Source: Kaistia sp.
GTDB lineage: Bacteria > Pseudomonadota > Alphaproteobacteria > Rhizobiales > Kaistiaceae
Direction of reading: 5' to 3'
DNA length: 64,000 nucleotides
Assembly (NCBI GenBank): GCA_965229085.1
Contig: OZ245859.1
Location: forward strand, 1,140,207 to 1,204,206
The stretch's first letter is position 1, and every line of letters begins with the position of its first letter. Below the pieces are notes generated by a model. The model did no database searches. It was not told the origin of the DNA and saw only the letters and a list, made by a program, of their open reading frames with translations. Shown one piece after another: positions 19,553 to 28,687 of the stretch. Position numbers and translations under genes: made by a program.

Positions 19553-20923
19553 ATGAAGAGAATAGCTACCACTGCATTGGCGCTGGCCATGTCCGGTTTG
19601 TCCGGCGCGGCTATTGCCGCAGATTATGAGAAGGCGGTCGCCGACTCCGTCGCCACCTACGCAGCCCCCGGCGCGTTCGATGGCGTGACGATCAATGTCG
19701 CCTGCCGCAGCCTGCCTGCGATGGACTTCATCGCCAGCCACAAGGACATCTTCGAGAAGGCCACGGGCGCGACGATCAAGTTCACCAACTATCCGGAGAA
19801 CGATCTGCGCAGCAAGATCGTGGCCGATGCCTCGAATAAGGTTGGCGGCTTCCAGATTTACTGCCTCGACAACAACTACATCCCGCTATTCGCCTCCAAC
19901 AAGTGGGTGGCTCAGATCGATTCGGCGATCAAGCCGGACTACAAGCTCGATGACGTGTTTGACAGCCTGAAGACGTCCTATTCCTGGCAGGGCGGCCTCT
20001 ACGGCCTGCCGATCTATTCGGAAGTGACGCTTCTCTACTATCGCAAGGATCTTCTCGACGCCGCCGGCATCATGCCGCCCAAGACGCTCGACGAACTCGA
20101 GGCCGCCGCTGCCAAGCTGACCAAGCCGCCGCAGACCTTCGGTATCGCGTTGCGCGGCCTGCGTGGCGAGGGCATGAACGCCTATACGTGGACCGAGTGG
20201 ATGCGGTCCTATGGCGCCAACTTCCTCGATGCCAACATGCATCCGGTGTTCAATTCGCCTGAGGCCATCGAGGGCACCGAGCACTATTCCAACCTGATCA
20301 ACAAGTATGGCTCGCCGGGCAACGGCACCTGGGGCTGGGACAAGGTTTCCTCGGCCTTCGCGGCCGGCCGGGTCGCGATGATCGTGGAATCGAGTGCTTT
20401 CTACCCGGTCTTCAACGATCCGAAGCAGTCCAGCGTCGTCGGCAAGGTTGGCTATGAAGTGGTTCCGGCAGGCCCCAAGGGCGCCTTCCCGGCCAACTAC
20501 TCGATCGGCCTCGCCATTCCCTCGACCATCGACCCGGCGAGCAAGACCTTCGCCGCGGCGACCGCCTTCCTGCAGTGGGCTACGTCGCAGGAGATGGAGT
20601 TCGCCCGTACCGACAAGGATATCGGCAATGAGGACCGCAAGTCGGTCAACCAGTCCGACCTCTTGAAGAGCAAGATCGACGCTGGCTACATCAAGGCCGT
20701 GCAGGACGGCCAGGCGATCACCAAGACCCATTATCGCCCGATGATCCCGCAGTGGCGCGAGATGGGCGACATCATCGGCGCCGAGATCGAGTCGAGCTTC
20801 ACGGGTGGCAAGAGTGCCAAGGAAGCCCTCGACGCGGCGGCCGACCAGGTGACCGCTCGCTTCAAGAGCCAGGGCGTGCTCGACACGCCGCGCGCCTATC
20901 CGGAAATCTTCCCGGACAAGTAA
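19553..20923 (+). CDS. Sugar/polyol ABC transporter substrate-binding protein (CUT1, family 1)
   Basis: Signal peptide MKRIATTALALA...AIA; YGLPIYSEVTLLYYRKDLL; FAAGRVAMI; RBS GGAGG. Confidence 0.9.
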   Translation: MKRIATTALALAMSGLSGAAIAADYEKAVADSVATYAAPGAFDGVTINVACRSLPAMDFIASHKDIFEKATGATIKFTNYPENDLRSKIVADASNKVGGFQIYCLDNNYIPLFASNKWVAQIDSAIKPDYKLDDVFDSLKTSYSWQGGLYGLPIYSEVTLLYYRKDLLDAAGIMPPKTLDELEAAAAKLTKPPQTFGIALRGLRGEGMNAYTWTEWMRSYGANFLDANMHPVFNSPEAIEGTEHYSNLINKYGSPGNGTWGWDKVSSAFAAGRVAMIVESSAFYPVFNDPKQSSVVGKVGYEVVPAGPKGAFPANYSIGLAIPSTIDPASKTFAAATAFLQWATSQEMEFARTDKDIGNEDRKSVNQSDLLKSKIDAGYIKAVQDGQAITKTHYRPMIPQWREMGDIIGAEIESSFTGGKSAKEALDAAADQVTARFKSQGVLDTPRAYPEIFPDK

Positions 20924-20964
20924 GCGGACACGGACGCCTCGCAACGAGACGCCTGCCACGGCTT

Positions 20965-20988
20965 CCGCCGCCCCTCAGGGGGCGGCGG
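20965..20988 (+). other. Stem-loop after the SBP gene (mRNA stabiliser/attenuator-like)
   Basis: CCGCCGCCCC-TCAG-GGGGCGGCGG. Confidence 0.5.
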
Positions 20989-21139
20989 GATGCGGGTGTG
21001 AGGCTGGGTTCTGCCGGTGATCTCAAGGCCGAACCCGCGTCTGACGCCGGCACGACGTCCAAGTCCGGTCCGGGCCTCCATCGTTCCGGCCCGCCTTGAT
21101 CGGCGTCCCCCTTCCTGCACGCTCATAGGAAACTGACCC

Positions 21140-22072
21140 ATGCTCGCCAATGCGAACCTCGAGAGCGGCAGTTCGGCTTTGCCGCCGGCCAAGACCCGTT
21201 TCCGGCCGTCCCGCTGGCTGGTGCCCCTTCCGGGCTATCTGCTGCTTGCCGTCCTGACGCTGCCGCCGTTCCTCTATGGCGTCTATCTCTCGCTGGTCGA
21301 CATCGACATCGCCATTCCCAACCGCCCGGTCAGCTTCATCGGTCTGGCCAACTACCGCGAAATCCTGTTCAACCCGGCGGGCCAGAACGCGATCTTCAAC
21401 ACGCTGATCCTGTCCTTCTCGTCGACAATCGCGGCGGTGCTTTTCGGCATGGTGGTCGCCTATCTGATCGCCTTCTTCGCCGGGCGCTTCTCGGGCCTGG
21501 TCGTCGTCTTCGTGCTCATTCCGCTGTCAGTCTCGCCGGTTGCCGTCGCGCTGGTGTTCAGCCTGATGCTGGACCCGCTCTATGGGCCGATCCCACAGGT
21601 CATCTATTCGCTGACCGGATCGCTGATCGCGCCGACCTCCAATATCCTCGGGGCGCGTCTGGTCATCATCCTGCTGCAGGCCTGGCAGTGGTCGCCCATC
21701 GCGGTGATCCTGCTGCTCGGCGGCATCCAGAGCCTGCCACGCGAGCCCGTCGAGGCGGCGCTGATCGATGGCGCATCGCTCTGGCAGATCATCCGCAAGG
21801 TGCATATGCCGCTGCTGCGGCCGCTGATCGCCGTCACCGCCATTTTTGAATTCATCCTGTGCAGCCAGGTCTTCGCCGCCACGCAGCTCCTGACCAATGG
21901 CGGTCCCGGGACGTCGACGGTCGATCTCTCGCTGTTCATCTACAAGGTCGGCATCGCCGAATCCGGGCAGGTCTCGCTCGCTGCGGCCGCCGGCATCATC
22001 GCCCTCATCATGGGGCTGCTGAGCGCCGCGCTGTGGCTTCGCGTCACCAAGTGGGAAAAGGAGATCTACTGA
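21140..22072 (+). CDS. CUT1 ABC transporter permease (MalF-like)
   Basis: IGLANY, WQWSP, EAALIDGA, NGGPG. Confidence 0.9.
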   Translation: MLANANLESGSSALPPAKTRFRPSRWLVPLPGYLLLAVLTLPPFLYGVYLSLVDIDIAIPNRPVSFIGLANYREILFNPAGQNAIFNTLILSFSSTIAAVLFGMVVAYLIAFFAGRFSGLVVVFVLIPLSVSPVAVALVFSLMLDPLYGPIPQVIYSLTGSLIAPTSNILGARLVIILLQAWQWSPIAVILLLGGIQSLPREPVEAALIDGASLWQIIRKVHMPLLRPLIAVTAIFEFILCSQVFAATQLLTNGGPGTSTVDLSLFIYKVGIAESGQVSLAAAAGIIALIMGLLSAALWLRVTKWEKEIY

Positions 22073-22941
22073 TGGCTGCCTCTGATACCCCCACCAACGC
22101 CTCGCCGCTCGCCGTAGGCCAGATCGGACCGGTCGGCACCTGGATCGGCCGCATCTGCCTCATTCTCGCGCTCGCGATCTGGGTCGGGCCGCTCTACTGG
22201 CTCATCAACACCGCGCTCAAGGTCAAGGTTCAGATCCAGAGCGCGGCGCCGGTCTGGTTTCCCGATCCGATCACATTCGAGAACATCCAGTGGGTGCTCG
22301 ATAATCTCGACCAGGGGGCATTCTTCCGCAGCATCCGGGTTGTCAGCGTCTCTGTCGGCATCGCCATGTTCTTCGGACCGCTGATGGCCTACGCGCTGTC
22401 GCGCTTCAAGACGCGCTACAACGGCCAGCTCGAGAACTGGATCATCTCGACGCGCATGACGCCGCCGGCGGCAATGATCATGCCCTATTACTTCCTGGCG
22501 CTGCATACCGGGCTGATGAACAACGAGTTCGGCCTGATCATCGTCTATGTTGCGATCAATCTGCCGCTTGCCGTCTGGATCATGCTCGCCTTCCTGCGCT
22601 CCATGCCGGACGATGCGGAAGAGGCCGCGCTCATCGACGGCTGCAGTGTCTGGCAGGCGTTCTTCCTGATCGTACTACCGACACTCAAGCAGTCCATCAT
22701 CTCGGGCGGCCTGCTCGTTCTGATCCTGGCCTGGAACGAGTTCTTCATCGCCTTCGTCCTGATGTCGTCCAACATCACATTCCCGGTTCAGGTCGGCAGC
22801 TTCCTCGCCGTCGGCCTCAATCCCGAATATGGACACATGGCGGCCGCCGGGCTTCTGCTGTCGCTGCCGCCCATCCTGATCGCGGTCATCTTCCGGAAAT
22901 CCCTGCTGACAGGCGTTCATGCCTTCTCGGGAGGCAAGTGA
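22072..22941 (+). CDS. CUT1 ABC transporter permease (MalG-like)
   Basis: EEAALIDG, ILAWNEF; TGATG coupling to the previous gene. Confidence 0.9.
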   Translation: MAASDTPTNASPLAVGQIGPVGTWIGRICLILALAIWVGPLYWLINTALKVKVQIQSAAPVWFPDPITFENIQWVLDNLDQGAFFRSIRVVSVSVGIAMFFGPLMAYALSRFKTRYNGQLENWIISTRMTPPAAMIMPYYFLALHTGLMNNEFGLIIVYVAINLPLAVWIMLAFLRSMPDDAEEAALIDGCSVWQAFFLIVLPTLKQSIISGGLLVLILAWNEFFIAFVLMSSNITFPVQVGSFLAVGLNPEYGHMAAAGLLLSLPPILIAVIFRKSLLTGVHAFSGGK

Positions 22942-24482
22942 TGCAAGATCTGGTTGTCGGCATCGATTCCTCGACCTCGGCGACGAAGGCGATCGCCTGG
23001 GATATCGACGGGCGGGCGGTGGCCGAGGGACGCGCCGCCATCCCGCTCTCCAATCCCAAGGTCGGCCATTTCGAGCAGGACCCCGCTGACTGGTGGGGTT
23101 CGACGGTCACGGCGCTCGGGCAGTTGACCGCAAAGGTCGACGCATCGCGCATTGCCGGGGTCGCGATCTCGAACCAGCGCGAGACATTCGCTCTGTTCAC
23201 CAACACCGGCGAGGCCGTGCGGCCGGGGCTGACCTGGCTCGACGACAGGGCGACGCCGCAGCAGCACAGCTTCGGCGCCCTGTTCGGCGCCGACGAGATC
23301 CGCTCCGTCACGGGCAAGCCGCTGGACGTCATTCCCTCCCTTTACCGGATGATCTGGTTGAAGGAGCACGAACCCGAGGCACTCGATCGCGCGGACCGCT
23401 ATGCCGATGTCCACGCCTTCCTGACGTTCCAACTCACCGGCGCCTGGCTGACTTCGATAGCCTCCGCCGATCCGAGCGGCATGGTCGACATGCGCGCGGG
23501 ACAATGGTCGGAGGATGTGCTGACCGCCGCCGGACTGCCGATGCGGCTGATGCCGGACGTCCGCCGGCCTGGAACCCGTCTCGGCGAGGTCAGCGCTGCC
23601 GGGGCGGCGGCGACCGGACTTCTGGCCGGAACGCCTGTCATCGCCGGCGGTGGCGACGGCCAATGCGCGGGCACCGGCGCCGGCGTGCTCGGCACCGGTC
23701 GCGGCTATATCAATCTGGGAACTGCGCTCGTCGCCGGGACCTTCGGCCGCGCCTATGCCCACGACCTCGGCTTCAGGACGGAGATCGCGATCGCCGAGGA
23801 GGGGTATATTTTCGAGACCTGCCAACGCTCGGGCACGTTCCTCGTCGACTGGCTCACGCAGGAGATGATGGGCGTGCCGGCTTCCGGCAGGTCGGCCTTC
23901 CTGGCCGCTATGGAAGCTGAGGCTTCGGCAAGCCCGATCGGCGCCGGCGGCGTGATGCTGCTGCCCTATTGGCAGGGCTCGATGACGCCACATTGGGACA
24001 GCGCGGCGCGCGGCGTCATTGCGGGTCTTTCGGGTTCGACGCGGCGTGGCGATCTCTACCGCGCCCTGCTGGAAGGGCTCGCGCTCGATCTCGCCGTGTC
24101 GCTTACCAAGGCGATGGCGGCGACGGGGCAGCCGATCGACCGCTTCCAGGCCATCGGCGGCGGAGCCAGTTCCGACCTCTTTCTACGGATCCTGGCCGAC
24201 GTGCTGGATCGCCCCATCGACCGCTCGGCCGCGAAGGAGGCTTCATCGCTGGGCGCCGCCATGGCGGCGGCGAAGGGCGTCGGCTGGTTTGCAACGATCG
24301 ACGAGGCATCCGCCGCGATGGGCGGCCGCGTCGTTGCCACCTTCCTGCCGGAGCCGCGCAACGTCGCCGCCTACAAGGCGCTCGGCGCGATCTATGACGA
24401 ACTCTGGCCGCTGCTGCGAAGCTGGAATCAAAGGCGCGCCGATCTCGTGGCTGCACTCGCGGCTTCCGAGCCCACCGGTTGA
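22941..24482 (+). CDS. FGGY-family carbohydrate kinase (xylulokinase-like)
   Basis: GIDSSTSATKA, SNQRETF, TWLDDR, GGGDGQC, GTA, AIGGG. Confidence 0.9.
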   Translation: MQDLVVGIDSSTSATKAIAWDIDGRAVAEGRAAIPLSNPKVGHFEQDPADWWGSTVTALGQLTAKVDASRIAGVAISNQRETFALFTNTGEAVRPGLTWLDDRATPQQHSFGALFGADEIRSVTGKPLDVIPSLYRMIWLKEHEPEALDRADRYADVHAFLTFQLTGAWLTSIASADPSGMVDMRAGQWSEDVLTAAGLPMRLMPDVRRPGTRLGEVSAAGAAATGLLAGTPVIAGGGDGQCAGTGAGVLGTGRGYINLGTALVAGTFGRAYAHDLGFRTEIAIAEEGYIFETCQRSGTFLVDWLTQEMMGVPASGRSAFLAAMEAEASASPIGAGGVMLLPYWQGSMTPHWDSAARGVIAGLSGSTRRGDLYRALLEGLALDLAVSLTKAMAATGQPIDRFQAIGGGASSDLFLRILADVLDRPIDRSAAKEASSLGAAMAAAKGVGWFATIDEASAAMGGRVVATFLPEPRNVAAYKALGAIYDELWPLLRSWNQRRADLVAALAASEPTG

Positions 24483-25342
24483 TGGCCGAAACAGTGAGAT
24501 CCAGCATGCAACCGATCGACGCCCTCCCCGCCTCCGTCTGCCGCAACCTCATCGGCGTCCTGACCGATATCGACGACACGATCACCACGGAAGGCCACCT
24601 CCCCTCCGCCGCCTATGCCATGCTGGAGCGGCTGAAAGAGGCCGGACTGCTGGTCATCCCGATCACCGGTCGCCCGGCCGGCTGGTGCGATATGATTGCA
24701 CGCTTCTGGCCGGTTGACGGCGTCGTGGGCGAAAACGGCGCCTTCTCGTTCCGCTATGATCACGGCGCGCGGCGCATGGAACGCCAGTTCGTCGCCTCGG
24801 AGGCAGAGCGAAAGGAAAGCCGTGGCCGGCTCGCCGTCCTCGCCGAGAAGATCTTGGCCGAGGTGCCGGGATCGGCCGTCGCCTCCGATCAACTCTACCG
24901 CGAAGCGGATCTCGCCATCGATTTTTGCGAAGACGTGCCGCCGCTGGACAGAGCGGATATTGATCGCATCCTCGCCCTTTTCGATGAGGCGGGCGCGGTT
25001 GCGAAGGCGTCGTCGATCCATGTCAACGGCTGGTTCGGCGGCTGGGACAAGCTGTCGATGACGCGGCTCTTCCTCGCCGACGCCTTCGGCATCGACATCG
25101 ACGCGGCGCGTGAGCGCTTCATCTTCTGTGGCGACAGCCCCAATGACGTGCCGATGTTCTCGTTCTTTCCTTCGGCATGCGGCGTCGCCAACATCATCGA
25201 CTTCGCCGACAGCCTCGCGGCTGAGCCGGCCTATGTCGCGAGGTCACGCGGCGCGCAAGGCTTCGTCGAGATCGCAACGCATATCCTGGCGGCAAGACAG
25301 GATGCCCCCGCCGCATCCGAATTCGACAAGGGAGGGCGCTGA
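24482..25342 (+). CDS. HAD-IIB family phosphatase
   Basis: DIDDT, TGRP, GENG, GDSPND motifs. Confidence 0.85.
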   Translation: MAETVRSSMQPIDALPASVCRNLIGVLTDIDDTITTEGHLPSAAYAMLERLKEAGLLVIPITGRPAGWCDMIARFWPVDGVVGENGAFSFRYDHGARRMERQFVASEAERKESRGRLAVLAEKILAEVPGSAVASDQLYREADLAIDFCEDVPPLDRADIDRILALFDEAGAVAKASSIHVNGWFGGWDKLSMTRLFLADAFGIDIDAARERFIFCGDSPNDVPMFSFFPSACGVANIIDFADSLAAEPAYVARSRGAQGFVEIATHILAARQDAPAASEFDKGGR

Positions 25343-25343
25343 C

Positions 25344-26435
25344 ATGGCATCCGTCACCATCAACAATATCCGCAAGAACTACGGATCGCTGGAAGTCGTG
25401 CATGGTCTCAACCTGCAGATTCCCGATGGCCAGTTCGTGGTGCTGCTGGGGCCGTCGGGCTGCGGAAAGTCCACCTTGCTCAGGATGATCGCCGGGCTCG
25501 AATCCGTCACGTCGGGCACGATTTCCATCGGGCCTCAGGTCGTCAACGATATGCATCCCAAGGATCGCAATATCGCGATGGTGTTCCAGAACTATGCGCT
25601 CTACGCGCATATGAACGTCTTCGACAACATGGCCTTCTCGATGCGGCTGAAGAAGACCAGCGAGGCTGACATCAAGAAGCGGGTCGATGCGGCCGCGGCG
25701 ATCCTGGGGCTCGAACCCTATCTCGAGCGCCTGCCGCGTCAGCTTTCCGGCGGACAGCGCCAGCGCGTCGCCATGGGCCGGGCCATCGTGCGCGATCCGC
25801 ATGTATTCCTGTTCGATGAGCCGCTCTCCAATCTCGATGCCAAGCTGCGCGTGCAGATGCGCACCGAGATCAAGGAACTGCACCAGCGCCTGAAGACCAC
25901 CACGGTTTATGTCACGCATGATCAGATCGAAGCCATGACGATGGCCGATGTCGTGGTGATCATGCGGGACGGCCATATCGAGCAGGTCGGGCGGCCGCTC
26001 GATATCTATGACAATCCCCGCAACCTCTTCGTCGCCGAGTTCATCGGCTCGCCCGGCATCAACCTGATCGAGGGCGAGATTTCAGGCAACAATGGCGAGC
26101 CCGTGGTCCGAGCCGGCGCAACGCTCTGGCCGTTGCCGGCCGCTGCGGCCGCCCTCGTCCGGCCAGGACAGAAGATCATCTACGGCATCAGGCCGGAGCA
26201 TCTTTCACCTGTCATGGCGGACCAGGCCGGCGGCGGCGGCATCGCTGCGCGGGTTTCGGTGGTGGAGCCGACGGGTTCCGAAATCCACATCTATGCCGAC
26301 ACGGAAGGGCACGAAGTCTGTACGATTTCGCGCGACCGGCTCGGCTGGGCGCCGGGCTCCGATATCAGGCTGACGCCGATGCTCGATCGGGTCCATTTGT
26401 TCGATCGCGAGAGCCGGAGCGCCATTCATGCCTGA
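25344..26435 (+). CDS. CUT1 ABC transporter ATPase (MalK/UgpC-like)
   Basis: GPSGCGKS, LSGGQRQRVAMGRA, FLFDEPLSNLDAKLR, TOBE tail. Confidence 0.95.
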   Translation: MASVTINNIRKNYGSLEVVHGLNLQIPDGQFVVLLGPSGCGKSTLLRMIAGLESVTSGTISIGPQVVNDMHPKDRNIAMVFQNYALYAHMNVFDNMAFSMRLKKTSEADIKKRVDAAAAILGLEPYLERLPRQLSGGQRQRVAMGRAIVRDPHVFLFDEPLSNLDAKLRVQMRTEIKELHQRLKTTTVYVTHDQIEAMTMADVVVIMRDGHIEQVGRPLDIYDNPRNLFVAEFIGSPGINLIEGEISGNNGEPVVRAGATLWPLPAAAAALVRPGQKIIYGIRPEHLSPVMADQAGGGGIAARVSVVEPTGSEIHIYADTEGHEVCTISRDRLGWAPGSDIRLTPMLDRVHLFDRESRSAIHA

Positions 26436-27477
26436 GATCGTCATCCTCGGCGCCGGCGTCATGGGCAGCGCCATGTCGATGCCGGCGGCTGCCGGCGGCG
26501 CCAGCGTCGCGCTGGTCGGGACGCATCTCGACACGGAGATCATCCGCTCGGTGTCCGGCAATGGCTGGCATCCACGGCTCGGCGTGACACTGCCGGCCGA
26601 GGTGAAGGCCCATCAGTGGACCGAACTCGGCGCCGCCCTCGCCAAGGCGCCCGACCTCGTGATCCTCGGGGTCTCCTCAGCGGGTATCGACTGGGCGATC
26701 GACCGGCTTGTCGAAACCCTGTCGCGGCCGACACCGATCCTGATGATCACCAAGGGGCTCGCAACGGACGGCACCACGATTGAAGTGCTGCCGGCCCGGG
26801 TTAAGCGTGAAATCAGCCGCCGCAGCGGCTTCGATGTTCCCGTCATGGCCGTGGGCGGACCCTGCATCGCGGGCGAGCTGGCGGCAATGCGGGACACGTC
26901 GGTCGTCATCGCCGGCGATATCAGGTCCGAGGTTGACCGAGCCCTCGCCTTGCTGCGCTCGCCCTATTATCACGCGCGCGCCACGGACGATGTCCTCGGC
27001 GTCGAGGTCTGCGCCGCGTTCAAGAATTTCTATGCGATTTCCGTCGGCTCTGTCGGAGGACAGTTGGAGCGCAGCGGCAAGGCGTCCAACGCCGCGCTGA
27101 TGCACAATCTCGCCGCTTCGACCTTCACCCAGGCGCTCAGGGAAATGCACGAACTCGTCGTCGCGCTCGGTGGCGACCCGGCCACCGTGCCCGGGCTGGC
27201 CGGAGCGGGTGATCTCTATGTGACCTGCCAAGCTGGCCGCAATGGCAGGATGGGGCGCCTGCTCGGACTTGGACTGCCCTATTCAGAGGCGAAATCCGAC
27301 CACATGCCGACCGATACCGTTGAAGGCGCCAATCTGGCGCTGGAGCTCGGGCAAACGATCGAGCTGATGATGGCAGATGGCCGCCTCACCGCCGACAAGA
27401 TGCCGCTGACACGTGCGATCGTCGCAGCCATCTGCCGGGACGAACCGCTGATCCTGGACTTCGCACGGTTTCACTGA
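26428..27477 (+). CDS. NAD(P)H-dependent glycerol-3-phosphate dehydrogenase-like (GpsA family)
   Basis: GAGVMG, TKG, GPCIAGEL, FKN, GLAGAGDLYVTC, GRN, VEG. Confidence 0.8.
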   Translation: MPEIVILGAGVMGSAMSMPAAAGGASVALVGTHLDTEIIRSVSGNGWHPRLGVTLPAEVKAHQWTELGAALAKAPDLVILGVSSAGIDWAIDRLVETLSRPTPILMITKGLATDGTTIEVLPARVKREISRRSGFDVPVMAVGGPCIAGELAAMRDTSVVIAGDIRSEVDRALALLRSPYYHARATDDVLGVEVCAAFKNFYAISVGSVGGQLERSGKASNAALMHNLAASTFTQALREMHELVVALGGDPATVPGLAGAGDLYVTCQAGRNGRMGRLLGLGLPYSEAKSDHMPTDTVEGANLALELGQTIELMMADGRLTADKMPLTRAIVAAICRDEPLILDFARFH

Positions 27478-27695
27478 CGGTCGTCCCGCCTCAACGAGTG
27501 CATGCGCGGCCAGTTTCGGTTGGCCGCGCATGTTCGATTCATCTGTTTCGCCGACGCCGAATGGAGCAGGATATCGGCGCTCTTGAACCTTGCACCGCAA
27601 TCGGAGATAGACGGCAGGAGGGAGCTGCGAGCGGCCCGTTTGCCAGGTTTTGACGGCGTGGGTCCTTCGCATCGCGGAGCGGGAAAGGCCGGCCG

Positions 27696-28655
27696 TTGCC
27701 AAACGAATCCGACAGTGATTTCGGTACGTTGCGAGAGCAGGCCCGCGTTGCGTGGCTCTATTTCACCGGCGGCCTCACGCAGAAGGAAATCGCCGACCAG
27801 CTTGGCATCACACGCCTCAAGGTCAACCAGATCATAGGCGCTGTCAGGGCGGATGGTTCGGTTCGAATCGACGTCGACCTCCCGCTGATCGACTGCGTTC
27901 AGCTTGAGGAAGCGCTGAAGGAGAAATTCGGCCTCAGCGACGCTGTCGTCGTCCCGACCGTCGGTGACCTCTCCGAGCAGCAGCGCACGATCGGCGAAGC
28001 CGGCGGCACCATGGTCAATGATCTGATCGGCGGCCGCGATCTCGGGATCGGGATCGGCTGGGGTCACACGCTGAGCTTTGCCACGCGCCGGCTGACCGCC
28101 AAAGCGAGCCCCAATTCATGGGTGGTCAGCCTGACGGGAGGCTTCACGCGCGCCTCAGGCAACAACACGTTTGAAATCGCAACGTCGGTCGCCCGGGCGC
28201 TCAATGTCGAGTGCCACTACATCACCGCGCCGATCTATTGCTCCAGCACCGAGAGCCGCGAGACTCTGCTGCACAATGACGAGATCGCCGACGTGCTCGC
28301 CCGCACCGAAATCGCCGAGGTGGCGCTGATTTCCTGCGGCGATCTTTCCGAGCGGTCGCCGATCGTCTCACTCCGGATCGTCAAGGACAATATCGACGAT
28401 CTTCTGCGCCTCGGCGCGGTCGGGGAGATCCTTGGCTGCTTCCTGGCGGCCGACGGTCGCCCGGTCGAGCACTTCCTGAACGACAGCATCATGGCCATGT
28501 CGCTGGAGGCGCTCAAGCTGAAGCCGATATCGGTGCTGGTTGCCGGGGGCATCCACAAGGCGCCGGTCATCTATGCCGCGCTTCGCGGCAAATACGTCAA
28601 CCGCCTCGTCACCGACGAGCTCGTGGCGCGCGTCCTGCTCGAACGCGCGCCCTGA
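27696..28655 (+). CDS. SorC/DeoR sugar-binding transcriptional regulator #2 (TTG start)
   Basis: ARVAWLYFTGGLTQKEIA, GIGWGHT, VAGG, LVTDE. Confidence 0.88.
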   Translation: MPNESDSDFGTLREQARVAWLYFTGGLTQKEIADQLGITRLKVNQIIGAVRADGSVRIDVDLPLIDCVQLEEALKEKFGLSDAVVVPTVGDLSEQQRTIGEAGGTMVNDLIGGRDLGIGIGWGHTLSFATRRLTAKASPNSWVVSLTGGFTRASGNNTFEIATSVARALNVECHYITAPIYCSSTESRETLLHNDEIADVLARTEIAEVALISCGDLSERSPIVSLRIVKDNIDDLLRLGAVGEILGCFLAADGRPVEHFLNDSIMAMSLEALKLKPISVLVAGGIHKAPVIYAALRGKYVNRLVTDELVARVLLERAP

Positions 28656-28687
28656 TTTCCTGCTGCCGCGGCGGCCGCAGCGCTCCG

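Noticed and set aside
14683-24482. Canonical eryABC erythritol operon
   Set aside because: The dehydrogenase has GlpD-type rather than EryB-type motifs, no EryC is present, and the FGGY kinase cannot be assigned as EryA
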